Translations under genes and position numbers: made by a program
DNA from: Antedon mediterranea
Lineage: Eukaryota > Animalia > Echinodermata
Assembly (NCBI RefSeq): GCF_964355755.1
Contig: NC_092677.1
Coordinates: 16,390,101-16,454,100 of the forward strand
Length of the DNA stretch: 64,000 bases
Direction: 5' to 3'
Shown here: piece by piece, positions 25,257 through 38,630 of the stretch
How the letters are laid out: every line of letters starts with the position of its first letter
Numbering within the stretch: the first letter of the stretch is position 1
The notes under the pieces: generated by a model
What the model was told of the DNA's origin: nothing
What the model saw: only the letters and a program-made list of their open reading frames with translations
Databases searched by the model: none

Positions 25257-28200
25257 ATGTTAAAAGTACAAGAAATAATTTGTGTTTTTTGTATTGCTTC
25301 TTTGATGTCATTCCAGGCAGCTGATACAGCAGGTGCGATGAATCTTAAATTATACTTACTAGTTTTAGTTACTCATATAGTAATGTGATAATAGATCACT
25401 ATTCCAAATTAATCAGCTTTGCATAATTTATTTTTAAAACTATTATTTCTCAACTCGAACTTGATATTTATACATCTTTGTTGTTGCTATTGTGTTTATT
25501 GTTTTGTCGAAAAAATGTTATGTAGAATAATTGCAGTCGACAAATAAATTGAATTTAATTGCCATGATTTTGTTGTGTTTGGATTACTAAACATGTTAAA
25601 TACAAATCCACTCCACGTTTTGTTAAAGAAAATAACACATGTTAATAATAATAAATTACATTGATTACATTATCAGCAACTTTAATCTATTTCTATAAAT
25701 TAAAAAAATACTGTTTAATAGCTGAATTATACAGTACATTTGCAAGCGTGAACAAACGTTATAATACAGTACAAATTTCCTAAACTCCGTTTCCGCTAAT
25801 AGGCCTACATGTTTTTATCAAACCGCTGCGCAATTTTGTCGTTTCGTGACGTTACTATATAATTATTTATTATGCACCATTTATCATTAGAGCCCTGTGT
25901 GTCGATAGTGAGTTGCATAGTAATTTGTCATAGTTGCATGCTCCTTAACTTTCACCATTAATTTCCAGTTTTCCAGATTACATTTGTGAAATTTGAGGTA
26001 CTGTTATTGTATGACTTGCTAATTATTCCTTCTCAAATATTACTACACATTCTCACCATGAATAAAACAAACAAAATCAAAATCTTAGGCCACCTCCAAG
26101 GTCTCCCAAGCCTATGAGACAAGGTGCTACAAGCCAGCATAAACAGCCTGTCTCCATTCAAGCAAGTGTAGTACACCTACTAGGCCTAGCGTGAGCAGTG
26201 ACTCCAATGGTTCCATCCTAAATGTCAACAATTAATTTCTCTCAGAAGATAGATCACCACCATTCATAATGCATCCAACGTCGAGGTGAAACAGATGTTC
26301 AAAGATTCCCACATTTATAAGGACCTTCAAGAACGTTTTGGCTCCTTGGAAAAAAAAACAATTAATGTGGAATCTAGGATAAAAAAAAATCAGACGATAA
26401 AACTGACTTTCCAGTTTCACAAGAGTTCAAAGATGCGCAGTTAAGGAGTTCAAACTAGACTGGAGGAGCGTAATTATCGCAAACAAAATAGAATATTAAA
26501 TAATTTCTGAAAATATCAGTGATATAGACCTAGTCCAACAAAAACTGTATCTGGACTAGGTGACCATAAGGCTTTACGATAACAATCCACTTCCAATCAA
26601 GACTACTTAAAGCAGTACTGGGATATATTACTACAAAACATCAAATCTTATCACAAGCTGCATGCAAAACTTTAGCTCGTACAAACCTTGAAGGAACGCG
26701 CTGAAAGAGATCGCGACTAAAAAAACGAAGAACTCCAGTGCCAAGAGGTCACAAACAGGAAGTGGGTCATCCGGAGAGAACGATTGATCAAGATATTGAT
26801 CAACATCCACATCCAACACATTCCAAAATATCCATCTCCAAGAGAATCAAACACTTACAATGTATGTACTGTAATGTAATGATATAGAGTTATAATATAA
26901 GAATCAACTTTAGGCCTATATCATAATTCAATTAAGTTCAACAATTTACTCCAGAAATGTCCAGTAAAAAAATTGACCAGATGTTTTTCATGACTATGTA
27001 ATTAACTCCCTAAAGAAAACAGTTTATCTGACCTTAAGACTTTCCCATCGTAAAACCATTGGAGATTGACACATTTTAAGAACATATTTGTGACGGCCCT
27101 ATCTTTTATTGTAATATTGTTAATCAACCTCCCCAAAAGGTACCTGGATCAACTTAGGACCAATAGTTAAGCTCAGGGATGATGTAATGACATATGCTAA
27201 TGAACAGAAGCTGCAATTTCAGCACAGCCCAGACACACCTCACAGACACTTCTTCAAACACACACCTCACAGACACTTCTTCAAGCACACACCTCACAGA
27301 CACTTCTACAAGCAGACATCTTACCTTACTTACTTACAGCATCATTCATCCTCTGTTCCTGTATTTTATTCTGTATATTCCTGTGTATTATCCAGTGTAT
27401 TATCCTGTATTATTAGGCAAGAATCTGAATAAACAACTCTGATATTATTGCAACCAAGCGAATAGAGTCTCAATACAACCTCCGCACATTATATTACAGT
27501 ACACCAATATAGACGGTATTGCAAACAAGAATTATTTTTTAGTTTCAAAAGAAAATCCAGACATTATATTCATCACATAGACCAAATTAAAAGAAAGCGA
27601 TGTTGGCGATCATTAATTTGATACAGAAAAGTTTATTGTTTATAAATCACAGACGACAGAGTAGCCATTCTTATCAGAAATGATTTTGTTACAGAAATTA
27701 CACTAGACCCAGGTTGGACTGATAGCGAAACTTGTGTTTGCACTGTTAATTTAGAAGGAAGTAAAATATTACTTACCTGCTTATACAGACCACCACAATC
27801 ACTAAAAGAATATAACTGAATGATTAACAATACAATTCCAAAGCTGAGCAGTATTCCGCACGACCAATTACTTATCACAGGGGACTTTAACTATAAAAAC
27901 ATGGACTACCCAACAGTGATCAGCAATGTTTCTTCGATACGTGCGTACTGTGACAATTTTCTAGTCTAACATGTTATCAAGATATCACAAGAATGCGTGG
28001 TAGTGACCGTCAATAATTGTTAGACCTCTTTTTAACTGAAAACGAGCTCGAAATTTATAATATAAATTACTTTTCGCCTATTGGGAAAAGCCACCATGCA
28101 GTGTTGACTTTTGACTTCAATCTTGAACGTTCTTTTGTACAAGAAGAGAATGTGTCAACCTCAAAGTTTAACTTTGTCAAGGGTGAATATGACGACATGA

Positions 28201-29921
28201 ACTCTTACTTTAATTTGATTAACTGGGAAACTCTATTAGTAGATAAACCAGTAGAGGAATCTTGGAACCTATTTTTTGAAAGAATATACCAAAACTGTGA
28301 CAAAATTTGTACCAAAGAAAAATGTATGCCAAATGAATAAACCACCCAAACAGAAATGTTTGACACGATATACTCTATCTAAAATTGCGTCATTATACCG
28401 ATACACAAAAGCGGGGACAGATCCTTCAAACTACAGACCAATTTCACTTACCTAGGTTGTCTGCAAACTTCTTAAAAATAGTCTCCGCAACAAAATTGTA
28501 AAACACCTTAAAATAAAAAAAAAATAAACACCAATATGGTTTCCGTTCTCGACGCTTGACAGAACTCCTAGAGTTTTTCCGAGATATACACAGCGTTTTG
28601 ATGGCACTGATCCAGTAGATGTTATTTATCTTTATTGCAAAAAAGGCATTTGATACCGTACCACATGAACGTCTGAAAGCTAAACTTCAAACAAATGGTA
28701 TCAGTGGAAGAATCTTATTAAACTGAATATCTAACTTTCTTAGCTCAAGACACCAATGTTTATGTGTGAAAGGTTCTCTCTCATCCAAGCACAAAGTAAC
28801 TAGTGGTGTCAATCAAGGTTCAGTTATAGGACCCGTCCCTTTTTCATATTTTTCAACCATTTACTTGATGACATCAAATCTATTGGTAAGTTATTTGCAA
28901 ACGATTTACCGGCGATCTGCAGAAGCTGATATATCTCAAGATGAAATACATAAACCACAACAGTGGAGTCACTTATGGCTGTTGCAATTCAACGAATCCA
29001 AATGTAGTACTCTCCACATGGGAACTAGAAACCTAAATCACATCTATTCTATGGGAGTAAAAGTACTGCAGTCACCACACAAAGAGATGTTGGAGTGTAC
29101 GTTACATCAGACTTGAAATCGTCTATACATGTTGGCAAAGTAGTCTCTACTGCAAATTCGATGATTGCGATTATTAAGCGTACCTTCTCATACATGGACC
29201 AATATATGTTTCTTCTTTTTCATAAGACCCTTGTTATACTTATCGTGGAATTTGCTGGTCTCCGAACTTGCAGAAAAACATTATCAAACTACCAAGGTAG
29301 TACCATAATTGCAACAACTATCTGCTGACGAAGGGCTACATAGATTAGGACTCCCTACCATGCAATAGAGAAGAGAAGGTGGTGACAAAAAAAAATGGAT
29401 TTGATGACCTGGACGTTGCAAATGGAACGCACTACAAAAACATGCTATAGACAGTACCACTATAAATAATTTCAAACAATCATATGACAAACACATTAAC
29501 ATATCCATGAGAGGAGGCAGTCAAGTCACGAGTATTAACTCACTTGTCTTCACCGAAATAGTCTTTATTGTTTTCTTAACAGGAGAACTAGAAAAACAAA
29601 CCAATGATGATGATAAAACTTCTGTCTCAAACAATTGGATAATCCAATTAGTATGCGAATGGAAGGATTCTATGTATGGATATTTTAATGCGCAAGGGCC
29701 TTCTACACCTGGTGCAATTTGTTTAGTTTTAATAATTGCTATTGCTGTTGTTCTCATGTGTGTTATAAAAGAGGTAAGGAACAATATTAATTATTTAATA
29801 TAAGTTATGGATTTTAATCAATAACAATGATATTGGTCTACTTTATTTGTATATAAAGAAAAACATAAAAAATGCACACCAAGAATGTTTAAGGTACCGT
29901 ACGTTACTACGTACGGAGTAA
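25257..29921 (+). CDS. Putative small type-I membrane protein (~109 aa); exons 25257-25332, 29583-29773 and, tentatively, 29859-29921
   Basis: Exon 1 encodes signal-peptide-like MLKVQEIICVFCIASLMSFQAADTA. The phase-1 GT-AG junction is compatible with exon 2, which encodes an acidic ectodomain and hydrophobic GAICLVLIIAIAVVLMCVI and ends at donor GAG|gtaagg. Confidence 0.6.
26050..29545 (+). mobile_element. Highly degenerate CR1/L2-group LINE (ORF1 remnant, APE endonuclease, RT)
   Basis: CLYRPP, ITGDFNY, LDLFLT..SPIGKSHH, NYRPISLT.V.CK, QYGFR, AFDTVPH, VTSGVNQGSVIGP, WLLQFNESKC; many stops and frameshifts. 5' boundary approximate. Confidence 0.85.
27230..27310. repeat. 27-bp tandem repeat, ~3 copies (cacacctcacagacacttcttcaa...)
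   Basis: Direct observation. Confidence 0.85.
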
Positions 29922-30099
29922 GACTGGTGTGGATTACGCAAGCAGTTAAGGTAAGGTTTTTCTTTTACATTTTTAAAGTAGTCTAGGATCTCTATTTTAT
30001 ACTGTCGTCATTTGCTTTTGTTTAGTTTTTGTTAGCCATTTCTTGATATACGGCAATCGTAGGGTACATTTACATAAGTTACGCAAGCGGTAACGTAAT

Positions 30100-31960
30100 C
30101 CATGGATTAAAATACGTACCAAGGTGTTTGCACGTAGGCCTATGTGGTTCGTTGCTTCACTAAAATCAATGGCTTTGGTTCAGGGCTCTTTCACAAAGAA
30201 CAGTTAGGTGTTGGTGAGAACAGATGTTTCCAGAGTAAGGAAACACATTTTTAATTGGGCTAATGACAACAAAATTGATATTTTTCTCACCTGACCAAGG
30301 TTTTTGTTTCCAATGAGAACTTTCTTTGGGATGGAGATACTTACCATAGTTTTGGTAGCTATTTTAGCAAAGGTGTCTCAATATTGATTTATAAAGACCT
30401 TCAATACAATCTTATAAACAACAAATTGACGTTAACGGAAGATATATTCTGTTAAAAATCGATATCAATAAACGTTTGTGAATATAAAAACGCGCCAAAT
30501 GATTCAAAAGTAAGAGGTTCTTATTTTTTAGGTTTGTATCAAAAAGTTTGCATGATACGGGAAACATTGTCTCATGCGATATTAGACCAGCAATTTCTAC
30601 TGATCACCAAGGAGTTTCCATTAAAATAAATATATTCAATTCGTGGTGCAGGATTATGGAAATTAAATTCCGATTACTTACAAGACGAACAATTTACAAA
30701 AACAAATTCAACACCAATCGCTAAACTAATGAACAATGATGGAGATGAATATGTGAATACATAAATTGAAATTAAATCCAAAAAATTAAAGGATATATAT
30801 GCCTACGAGGCAAAAGGGGCTCAAATTCGTTCAAGAGCGAAATGGATAGAAGAAAGAATTCCAAATACTTCCTTGGTCTGGAAAAAAATAACGGAAAAAT
30901 AAAACAAATAAAAAGATTTTAAAAATCTGACGGAACATGCGCCACAAAAAATAAAGATATCCTGATTGAAGACACTTTGAAAAGTTGTATGCGAAAGAGG
31001 ACATACATGCAAATGATATTCAAAATTATTTTAATTTAATAGACGTTCCAAAGGTAACACATCTTGAAAAGGGGTTATGTGAAGGAGAATTAACCTCCGT
31101 AGAATGCGAAGAAGCGATACGGAGTATGAAACAAAATAAAGCGCCCGGTACCGATGGTCTCACGGTAGAATTCTATCAGACATTATGGCCCAAGATTGGG
31201 GTATAGTTTACAACGCTCTCAATCTATGTTTAAAAAATGGATCACCATCGAATACGCAAAGAAGGGGAGTAATTAACATATTCTTTAAAAAAGTGATCAC
31301 GAAGGCCTAAACAATTGGAGATCCATAAACCTCTTAAACACTGACTGCTGCCTTCGGTTTAAAGGCTACAAAATGTTATTAAAATAATATGAGCAATTAT
31401 CAAAAAGTGTATATTAGAGGCCGATTTGGTTGTGAAAACATCAGATTAATTAAAGAACATATATATTGTTATGAAAAATAATATTTTTAAAAGCATACCC
31501 GATTTCTATAAATCTATACTATGTATTTTATTCAAACTTAATGGTTGTATGACTAAAGTCCATTATGTTATGATGATATATTACATCAACAACTTCGGTA
31601 TAACAAAATTATTTTATACAATGACATGTCATTATTTTTTAGAAACTGGATAAGGTCAGGTGTGCGAAATATTAGGGATATTGTAATTGAGAGAGGTTCA
31701 TTAACGCAAATGAATTGCTTGATATGCTTAGGTATAAATCATGATGCGCATTTATTTTACGAATGCACTGAAGTAAAAGATTTATGGGACTATGTTTACA
31801 CCAAAAAAGAAACGTAACGCAACATAAGTAACGCATGAGAAGATAAGCAAAAAAATATAACCATTTAATATATAAAACTAAACACAAGAGTAAGAAAAAC
31901 TGTTTTAATAAAAAAAATTTTTAAGAGTTCGCATTTTAAAATATCTAAAAAATACATACT
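30100..31960 (+). mobile_element. Highly degenerate L1/Tx1 LINE ORF2
   Basis: AKGAQIRSRAKWI, CEGELT..ECEEAIRSMKQNKAPGTDGLTVEFYQTLW, NWRSINLLNTD, HLFYEC. Confidence 0.8.
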
Positions 31961-32191
31961 GGAAATAATTAAATAACATTAGTAAATGTATCTTCTGCAG
32001 TACATTTATTAGTTACGTGTTTACAATTTTAGATGTAGAGAATTGTAGAACAAAAAAATGTTATACAATTATGAAAAAAGGTGGGTATAATAGAAAAGAA
32101 ATATGAATGTACAGTAACATTGATAAAATCACATAATGTAATATATCAAAAAAAAGTGACAATAACAACAAAATAGTTATAATTATTATTA

Positions 32192-33716
32192 CTAGATGGT
32201 ACGCTCGCTTCGCTCGCGTACCATCTAGGTCGTGCCCACAGATGGTTCTCGAATACACAATAATTTCAGCGTTAAAAAACTGGCGATTTCTAATAATAAT
32301 AATAATAATAAGATTTTTATAGCGCACATACCACTCCAGAGTGCTCAAGGCGCATTTAAAAATAAAAAAAAAAGAAGAAATAAATCATACAAATTCCTGG
32401 CAAAAAAATGCAATTTCTTTGGAGGGTCCCCATCCGTTGTCGTTCTGTCGCGGTCCCGGACCCCTACCTAGGTGACCAAGCAAAGGAGCAGGATACACAT
32501 TTGCCTTGCCACAGACGACCGGGTGCTCAGAGACAACAACCAAGACAGAGGCACCCCAAAGATAATGCTGGCCAGGAAAAGGTATACAAAACAATTCTAA
32601 GTCTAATGTACAATAATGCAGGACAATAATATATGTCGTTTACAGGAACGATTAAATAGACACTGTGATTTATGTATTCAACTAAAATTACCACTCTGGG
32701 AATTACTTCCGAAAGAGAAAGTTGTCACAAAATGAGACCAATTGTTTAAGTCAAATTTAAACAAACTTAATTTGTGTTTTGTATGTAACATTATGGTTGA
32801 GAGATGGGGAAGAGGATGGGTGCAAAGAGGAACAATTTTTAAATATATTCCTTATTTTGTAACGAAATATTAATTAACATGTTTTACAAATAATATACCA
32901 CTAAACACCGTAAAACATTGCGATGTAATACTTTGTTGAAACTATCACCGTCGTAGTCGATTGAAATAGTACAGTACATGTAACGATACACTACGACGTA
33001 TGTTTATATATAATGTTAAACAATTTGTGAAAACCACCTCTATTCGGGGCAAATCATAAATTCGATTTAATCGGTAATAAATATTAAATTACGGCGACTG
33101 AAAACGCTAGCTCATTATCCGTTTAAAAAAAATTATATCCAACCTCTGCAGCACAGATTGAAAAAAAAAATGGATCGAATTTCTGTTATGAGTATACAGT
33201 ACTTTCCTTTACGACGCCTGAGGGAATAGACACTTGTGGAACGACACAGAGATTGGAATGTTCCATTCATCGCAAATCAATACATTTGTATAAACGTATA
33301 TTAAATCTATCAAAATAGTATTTTTTTAAGAAAATCGGCCTGTCTTCAACATTATGATACTGTACTCGAGCTGTTCAACCGGTTTTCAGCTATTAAAAAC
33401 AATTATCGTAGGAGGAGATAGGAAAATGCGAAGCCTCCTCGCATTTTTGTGGCGGGTATTTTTCAAGATGGACCTCCATTAGACAGTGTATACCACGATC
33501 GGAAAACATCCCTATCTGGGGCAAATCGTTGAACCTAAATTCGTTTTAATCGTCAATAACTAATTATCTAACTTAATTTAATTAGTAAACAGGGTTACAT
33601 CAGGTGGTTAAAATCAGTACCGAAAGTACGAACCAACTTTACATACCATCGAGTAAAAATTCTAAAAGTAAAGCGCGATTTACTGAATTTTGCCCTTACG
33701 TAAATTTATATATAGA
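32192..33716 (-). mobile_element. Non-autonomous Helitron, copy B
   Basis: Reverse complement of copy A with the same A|TC ... hairpin-CTAG|T ends; lacks the AcademH-like insert and ~220 bp. Confidence 0.85.
32291..32612 (-). mobile_element. L2-type 3' tail (LINE or L2-dependent SINE) inserted in Helitron B
   Basis: Minus strand ends gcgccttgagcac...gcgctataaaaatc(tta)n; absent from copies A and C. Confidence 0.65.
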
Positions 33717-33774
33717 TTATCACAGAAGTATTCATTTTATTAATCTGTTGAAGATGAAATGAATTAATAGTGGT

Positions 33775-34660
33775 TAACGCCACAAAAAAGAAAAGAAATA
33801 AATAATAATAAATAAATAATTTCTAAATAATTGGATAACGAGCAAATAAATATATACAGATATAGTAAATACTTCCTGACTAGTGGTTGTTGAGATATTG
33901 ATATAGCCATTTTCTTGACCAATGGTCACAAATAAAGTTTCCCTGTCACGGTCCATTAGATTGAATAGAAATATGTATCTTGTATTGTTTGAAGGTTTGC
34001 ATGGCAGAATCAAATGTTGATATAAAGTTTGCGGTACACCACATATATTAGTTCTGAAAAGAACTGTTGAGTTTCTCGACGTTTCGATCAATATGCTTTG
34101 ATCGTCCACAGGAGTGAGAATGCAGAAGGTCCAGGAAACTTGGAATATAAGTGAACTAGGGTGGGACTGGTGTGAAAGTCAGAAACAATGGCTAGTTCAC
34201 ACAGTGGGAGGGATTGAAACTAAAATAGCAGAGCATTGTTTCTTATGAACAATAGTGAGTGGAAACTTTGCTATAGAAGAGCATTGTTTCTGATAGGTGT
34301 GAAAAGCAAGGTGAGACAAGCTAAAAACAATAGCATTTTCAAGCTGGGTGTAGACTGGCCAAACATAGACCATGCGTCCAGACAGGGTTGTGAAATGTAA
34401 ACGGCCAGAAACTATGGCATGGTTTACTGTCGATGAAGATTCTTGTTGAATAAAGATAGCCAAATGTCGCTGATAACAAATCCAATATTTATGTAGATTT
34501 CAATAGCTTCCCTGGTTCGTCTGGGATGCCAAGAGGGAATGGTAGCAATTAGTTCAGCATCTTTCCAATTATCTCGGTGTTGTTGTTTGTGAGAATGTAT
34601 AATATCATAACAGTATATATAGATCAGCGAGTTTTGTTTCACTATGGCAGAACAGGTCAC
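33775..34660 (-). mobile_element. Penelope-like element 3' remnant (GIY-YIG C-terminus plus pseudo-LTR)
   Basis: SAIV...H..NW.DAELIA....W..RRTREAIEI...GFVISDIWLSL, with a downstream hammerhead-like motif. Confidence 0.7.
34076..34114 (-). ncRNA. Degenerate minimal hammerhead ribozyme
   Basis: Minus strand: ctc-CTGTGGA-c-gatcaa(agcata)ttgatc-GAAA-cg-TC-gag; one core substitution relative to CTGANGA. Confidence 0.6.
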
Positions 34661-35096
34661 ATTATTATGTACAGTATATAAATATATATTTAAACGTTTT
34701 AATGAAGTTTATATTTAAACGAGTGTAGAGTCGTAGACGAGGTGATAAGGAAAGCATTTCTTGTTTAATCATCAAGCATTTTAAAGCATTTATTATGGAT
34801 ATACCACCTGTTGTGAATACAAAACTTAACCTAATATATTTATTTTTTACCCATAGCATTATGCATATTTGAAGCATAATAAGCAAGCATAATTCTTACT
34901 AAAGGTAAGAATTACTAAAGGTAAGAAGGTAAGCAATATTTAAATTATACAAATACATGCTAGTTTAGGCCTCCTATAGTTGTTTTTTTAATAGAAAAAA
35001 ATATAATAATAACAAGTGCACACACAAAAAAGTGTATTTTGTGTTCAGTAAAACATAATTTATTTTTACCCATAGAAACATCAACATCAAGAGTTA

Positions 35097-38000
35097 TAGT
35101 CTGGTAGTTGAAGGGTTGAACCGGGAAAAAATGGTACAAAGCAAATTTTTACATCGTTGGAAGCGCAATTTTATGGAGAATAACATATCCAAAATCGACA
35201 AAAATCCAATTGGGGAACATTTTTTAGACGCGTTTTACTTTTATTTTGTCAATTTACTTAAAAAACCACTCTTACAGTCATTATAATCGTATATCTTGGA
35301 AACCGCTAACTGTAGAGTCTTTAATTTGGTCTCTAATTGTTTGTTATGTACATATTTCTATTTGCTCTTACGAAATTCTTTGTCAAAAAATGGCGGGAAA
35401 GTTTATTTCTTGACATCTTGACCTTTGACCTCATATTTCGATATCTCAATAAATACTGAGTGTACACATTTAAAATTGGTCTTAAATTGTTCGTAAAGTG
35501 AACATTTCTATTCATGCTAATGACAAGTTTTTAAAATAAACGGCATTAAAGAGGTCATTTTGAAACCATAAACTTGTATAATAACAATATAGATGGAAGA
35601 TGGAACATTTTGTAATAAAATAGACTTAATTATAAAATTAGGCCATACCATTCTTTTTCATTATTCTTCATCTGATTCATCAACAACCAATTCCTCTGAA
35701 TTTTTGTAACTGTCCCCTCTGCAATCTTCACATGATGTTACGCATTTCAGTCCATTTTTACGACATGAACATAAATTTGTCCCACATGGGTTGTTGGATG
35801 ATAATTTGCACTTGCAACGAACAAACTTTAGTAAAGTGTCTGGTGCTGCAGCAGAATCTGTCATGATTGGAGTTAGATGGGTTCCTTCACAATTCCAACC
35901 CCATTGTAAAGGGTTTAGTTTTGACCACACAAGTATCTGTAAATGTACCCGCAGACTATGGAAATATGCTGCTCTCTCTCTCTGTAGGTGGAAGTTTTTG
36001 AGGCTCAATAGATGATTTTGATGCTACCATATCCATAAATTTCACATACCGTAAGTTGTTTAAAGATTCACAGTTTTTGCCACTGTAGATTATTTTGAAT
36101 ACTTCAAGTCCAGCTTTTCCAATATCTTCTGCTGTTGCACTCTCATCACTAATTGACTTGGATAACTGTTGTAATTCCTTGGAACTACGAATTTTCTTCA
36201 GAAGATTCTTCGTTTATATAAAGCTATTATTCGTCCGACCTTGGAATACTGCAACGTTGTTTTTAACTCGCTACATTGTAAGGAGGAAGACCTATTGGAA
36301 AAAGTCCAAGAACGTGCCACCAAGCTTATTTTTTCCATTCGTCATTTACCTTATTCAGAAAGGCTGAAAATTCTCAACCTACCTACTCTCGCATACAGAA
36401 GGCAAAGAGCTCATTTGATACAGATTTTTAAAATTTTACATGGAGTGGATAGTATTTCTGCTGATTCTTTTTTTGAGCGTGATGAAGATGTTAGAACACG
36501 TGGTCATTCTTTTAAATTAAAATTTAAGTTCTCACGCACAAATTGGATGAGGGACTCATTTGGTCGAAAAGCTATTATATTATGGAATTCGTTATCGGAG
36601 GATGTAGTAGCTTCAAGATCAACCAATCAATTTAAGTCCGGTCTTGAACGGGCATGGTCCAACCACCCTCTTAAATTTGCGCCATATTCAAGAGTTGATG
36701 TAATTATCAAGAGGGGCTTATAGGCATAGCCTAGCCTCGACTCCGGACCCAGCATTGCTGAGCTCCGGAAACAAGTAAACAAGTAAACAAGATTAGTTTT
36801 TCCTAGGCCAAATATGGCAGATGTCGTATCGCAGCCACTCCAAGCATGAGTGAATGACAAATGTGATGTTACATCATTGCCAGTATTCTTGACAAGATCA
36901 CAAATTTTCTACAACATTAGCTCTTTATTATATGACTGTTTCGCTTCAGTATATATCTGCCATAGTTGGGTTAAAGTGGTACATCAGCAACACAAGCACG
37001 TCTGTGTCATCGGCTACCACATCAACAGTTTGCCCTTGCCGTGCGTACTCTAGAGCAAATGAAACAATCATTGTATCAGCATCTCCAGTACTTGTATGAA
37101 CTACATGCCCATCTTTTTTGAAGTAGCAGCTTAACAATTCAATTAATTGACATTTATTTTTCTCATTCGATAGAAATATGTGCTGATTACGATGTGCTTG
37201 CATTAATTCATCCATTCAGTTGAATATCGGCGGATGTTCTTCCAACACGCCTTTGATGCTCATGGTCTTTTATTGATGGTCCCTTTTCATAACACAATGC
37301 ATGAATCTCCAATTTTTTTACGAACATATCTCACATACTGCATGGCTATATCTTTATATGTTGCCCCTTTGCTCTGTGTAAGAGCTCCTCCATCTAAAAC
37401 ATACATTGTATGTTGGTTTCGTGTAAGCGATTGTGTTCTGCTTCAGTTCTGATGGAATCAAATATTTCAAAAAAGTTTGTAAATGACGTGGTATCCACAT
37501 TTTGCCTCGTTCAATATTGCCGATGTCGTCATTCATGGGATATGATTCAGTGTTGTACTTACTTTCTGCTATTTCTGCTCGTAAGATAGTTGCTGCAGTA
37601 CATACAATTCGCTCATTTTCAATGTTTTGTTTTCTCTCCGAGTACCATTTCTCATTAAGTATGTACTTTGCCATGTTTTTGAAACAAACAATATTCCCAC
37701 GTCCTTCAACCTCCGCAAAGAAAATAAATTGTTTGTAACGTTCTTCTAGCTTTTGCTTTAGTCTTTTAACTGAGTATATTATAGACTCTTCAGCTAACTC
37801 TCTCATCTTTGTGTGTAATTCTGTAAGACTGTAGAGTTCTGCATCATCGTCTAATTCCAGCCACTGGCACAATTTTTCAAAACATTGCAGCATTTCTTGA
37901 CGTTCATGCCTTCCTTGCTGCTTTTTTACATCGTCTTTGATGAGCTCTTTATTTAGCATAAAACGTGAAAAACAATCATGATGATAAACAACTTCTGCTG

Positions 38001-38630
38001 CAACTAGATCTATACGTCCATGCACACGTTTTTCAATTTCAGAAGCCCAAGAGTCTGCTCGTGCTGCGCATTTCTCCAAAAGTCTACCACGAATCGGTAA
38101 TGTTGTAACAATATGTACACGTGGTGTTCTATTTGGATGCCTAGTATCAACTGTAGTGGATTTCCCGCACAAAAATAAAATCTCTCTTCCAGTTGAAAGG
38201 TAAATCATTAGATCGTAGCCTTTTCACACTTGAAACATCATCCTCACGTTCTTCATCACGCCCAACTGGGACTCTTTCATTGGTAAATTTTCCACGACAT
38301 TTCTTATGAACTAATACTTTACCAATTGGTGTGGACTTGGCACATTCAGTTAAATAATTTAACAAATCTAAATGTCCACGGTTTTTACTGAACTCAATCA
38401 TGGTGAGAATTCCCTTTCTTGTTCCATTGACTGGCACAACATCATACTCATACAAAGTGTACATATCACACAACGGTCTTCATTAAAGTTGTTATAGACA
38501 ATAATATTTTCCATCTTTGACTTTTGTATTGATATCAAAAGTTATTCTTACTGTAGACCTATGATGTGTCTGATCTTTTAGGCTCTACCAATATTTAAAT
38601 GTTAAATTATAAAGTATATAAGTTAAACCT
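35097..38630 (-). mobile_element. AcademX-type internally deleted copy 2 (one TIR lost)
   Basis: Starts TAGTCTGGTAGTTGAAGGG and is colinear with 966-6290. Retains the CXC domain (CKC....CGTNLCSCRKNGLKCVTSCEDCRG). Confidence 0.85.
36208..36788 (+). mobile_element. 5'-truncated CR1 LINE inserted in Academ copy 2
   Basis: VRP.LEYC, LEKVQERATK, Y.ERL..L.LPTLAYRR, TRGHSFKL, WNSL; (ACAAGTAA)n tail; TSD AAGATT (36202-36207, 36789-36794). Confidence 0.92.
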
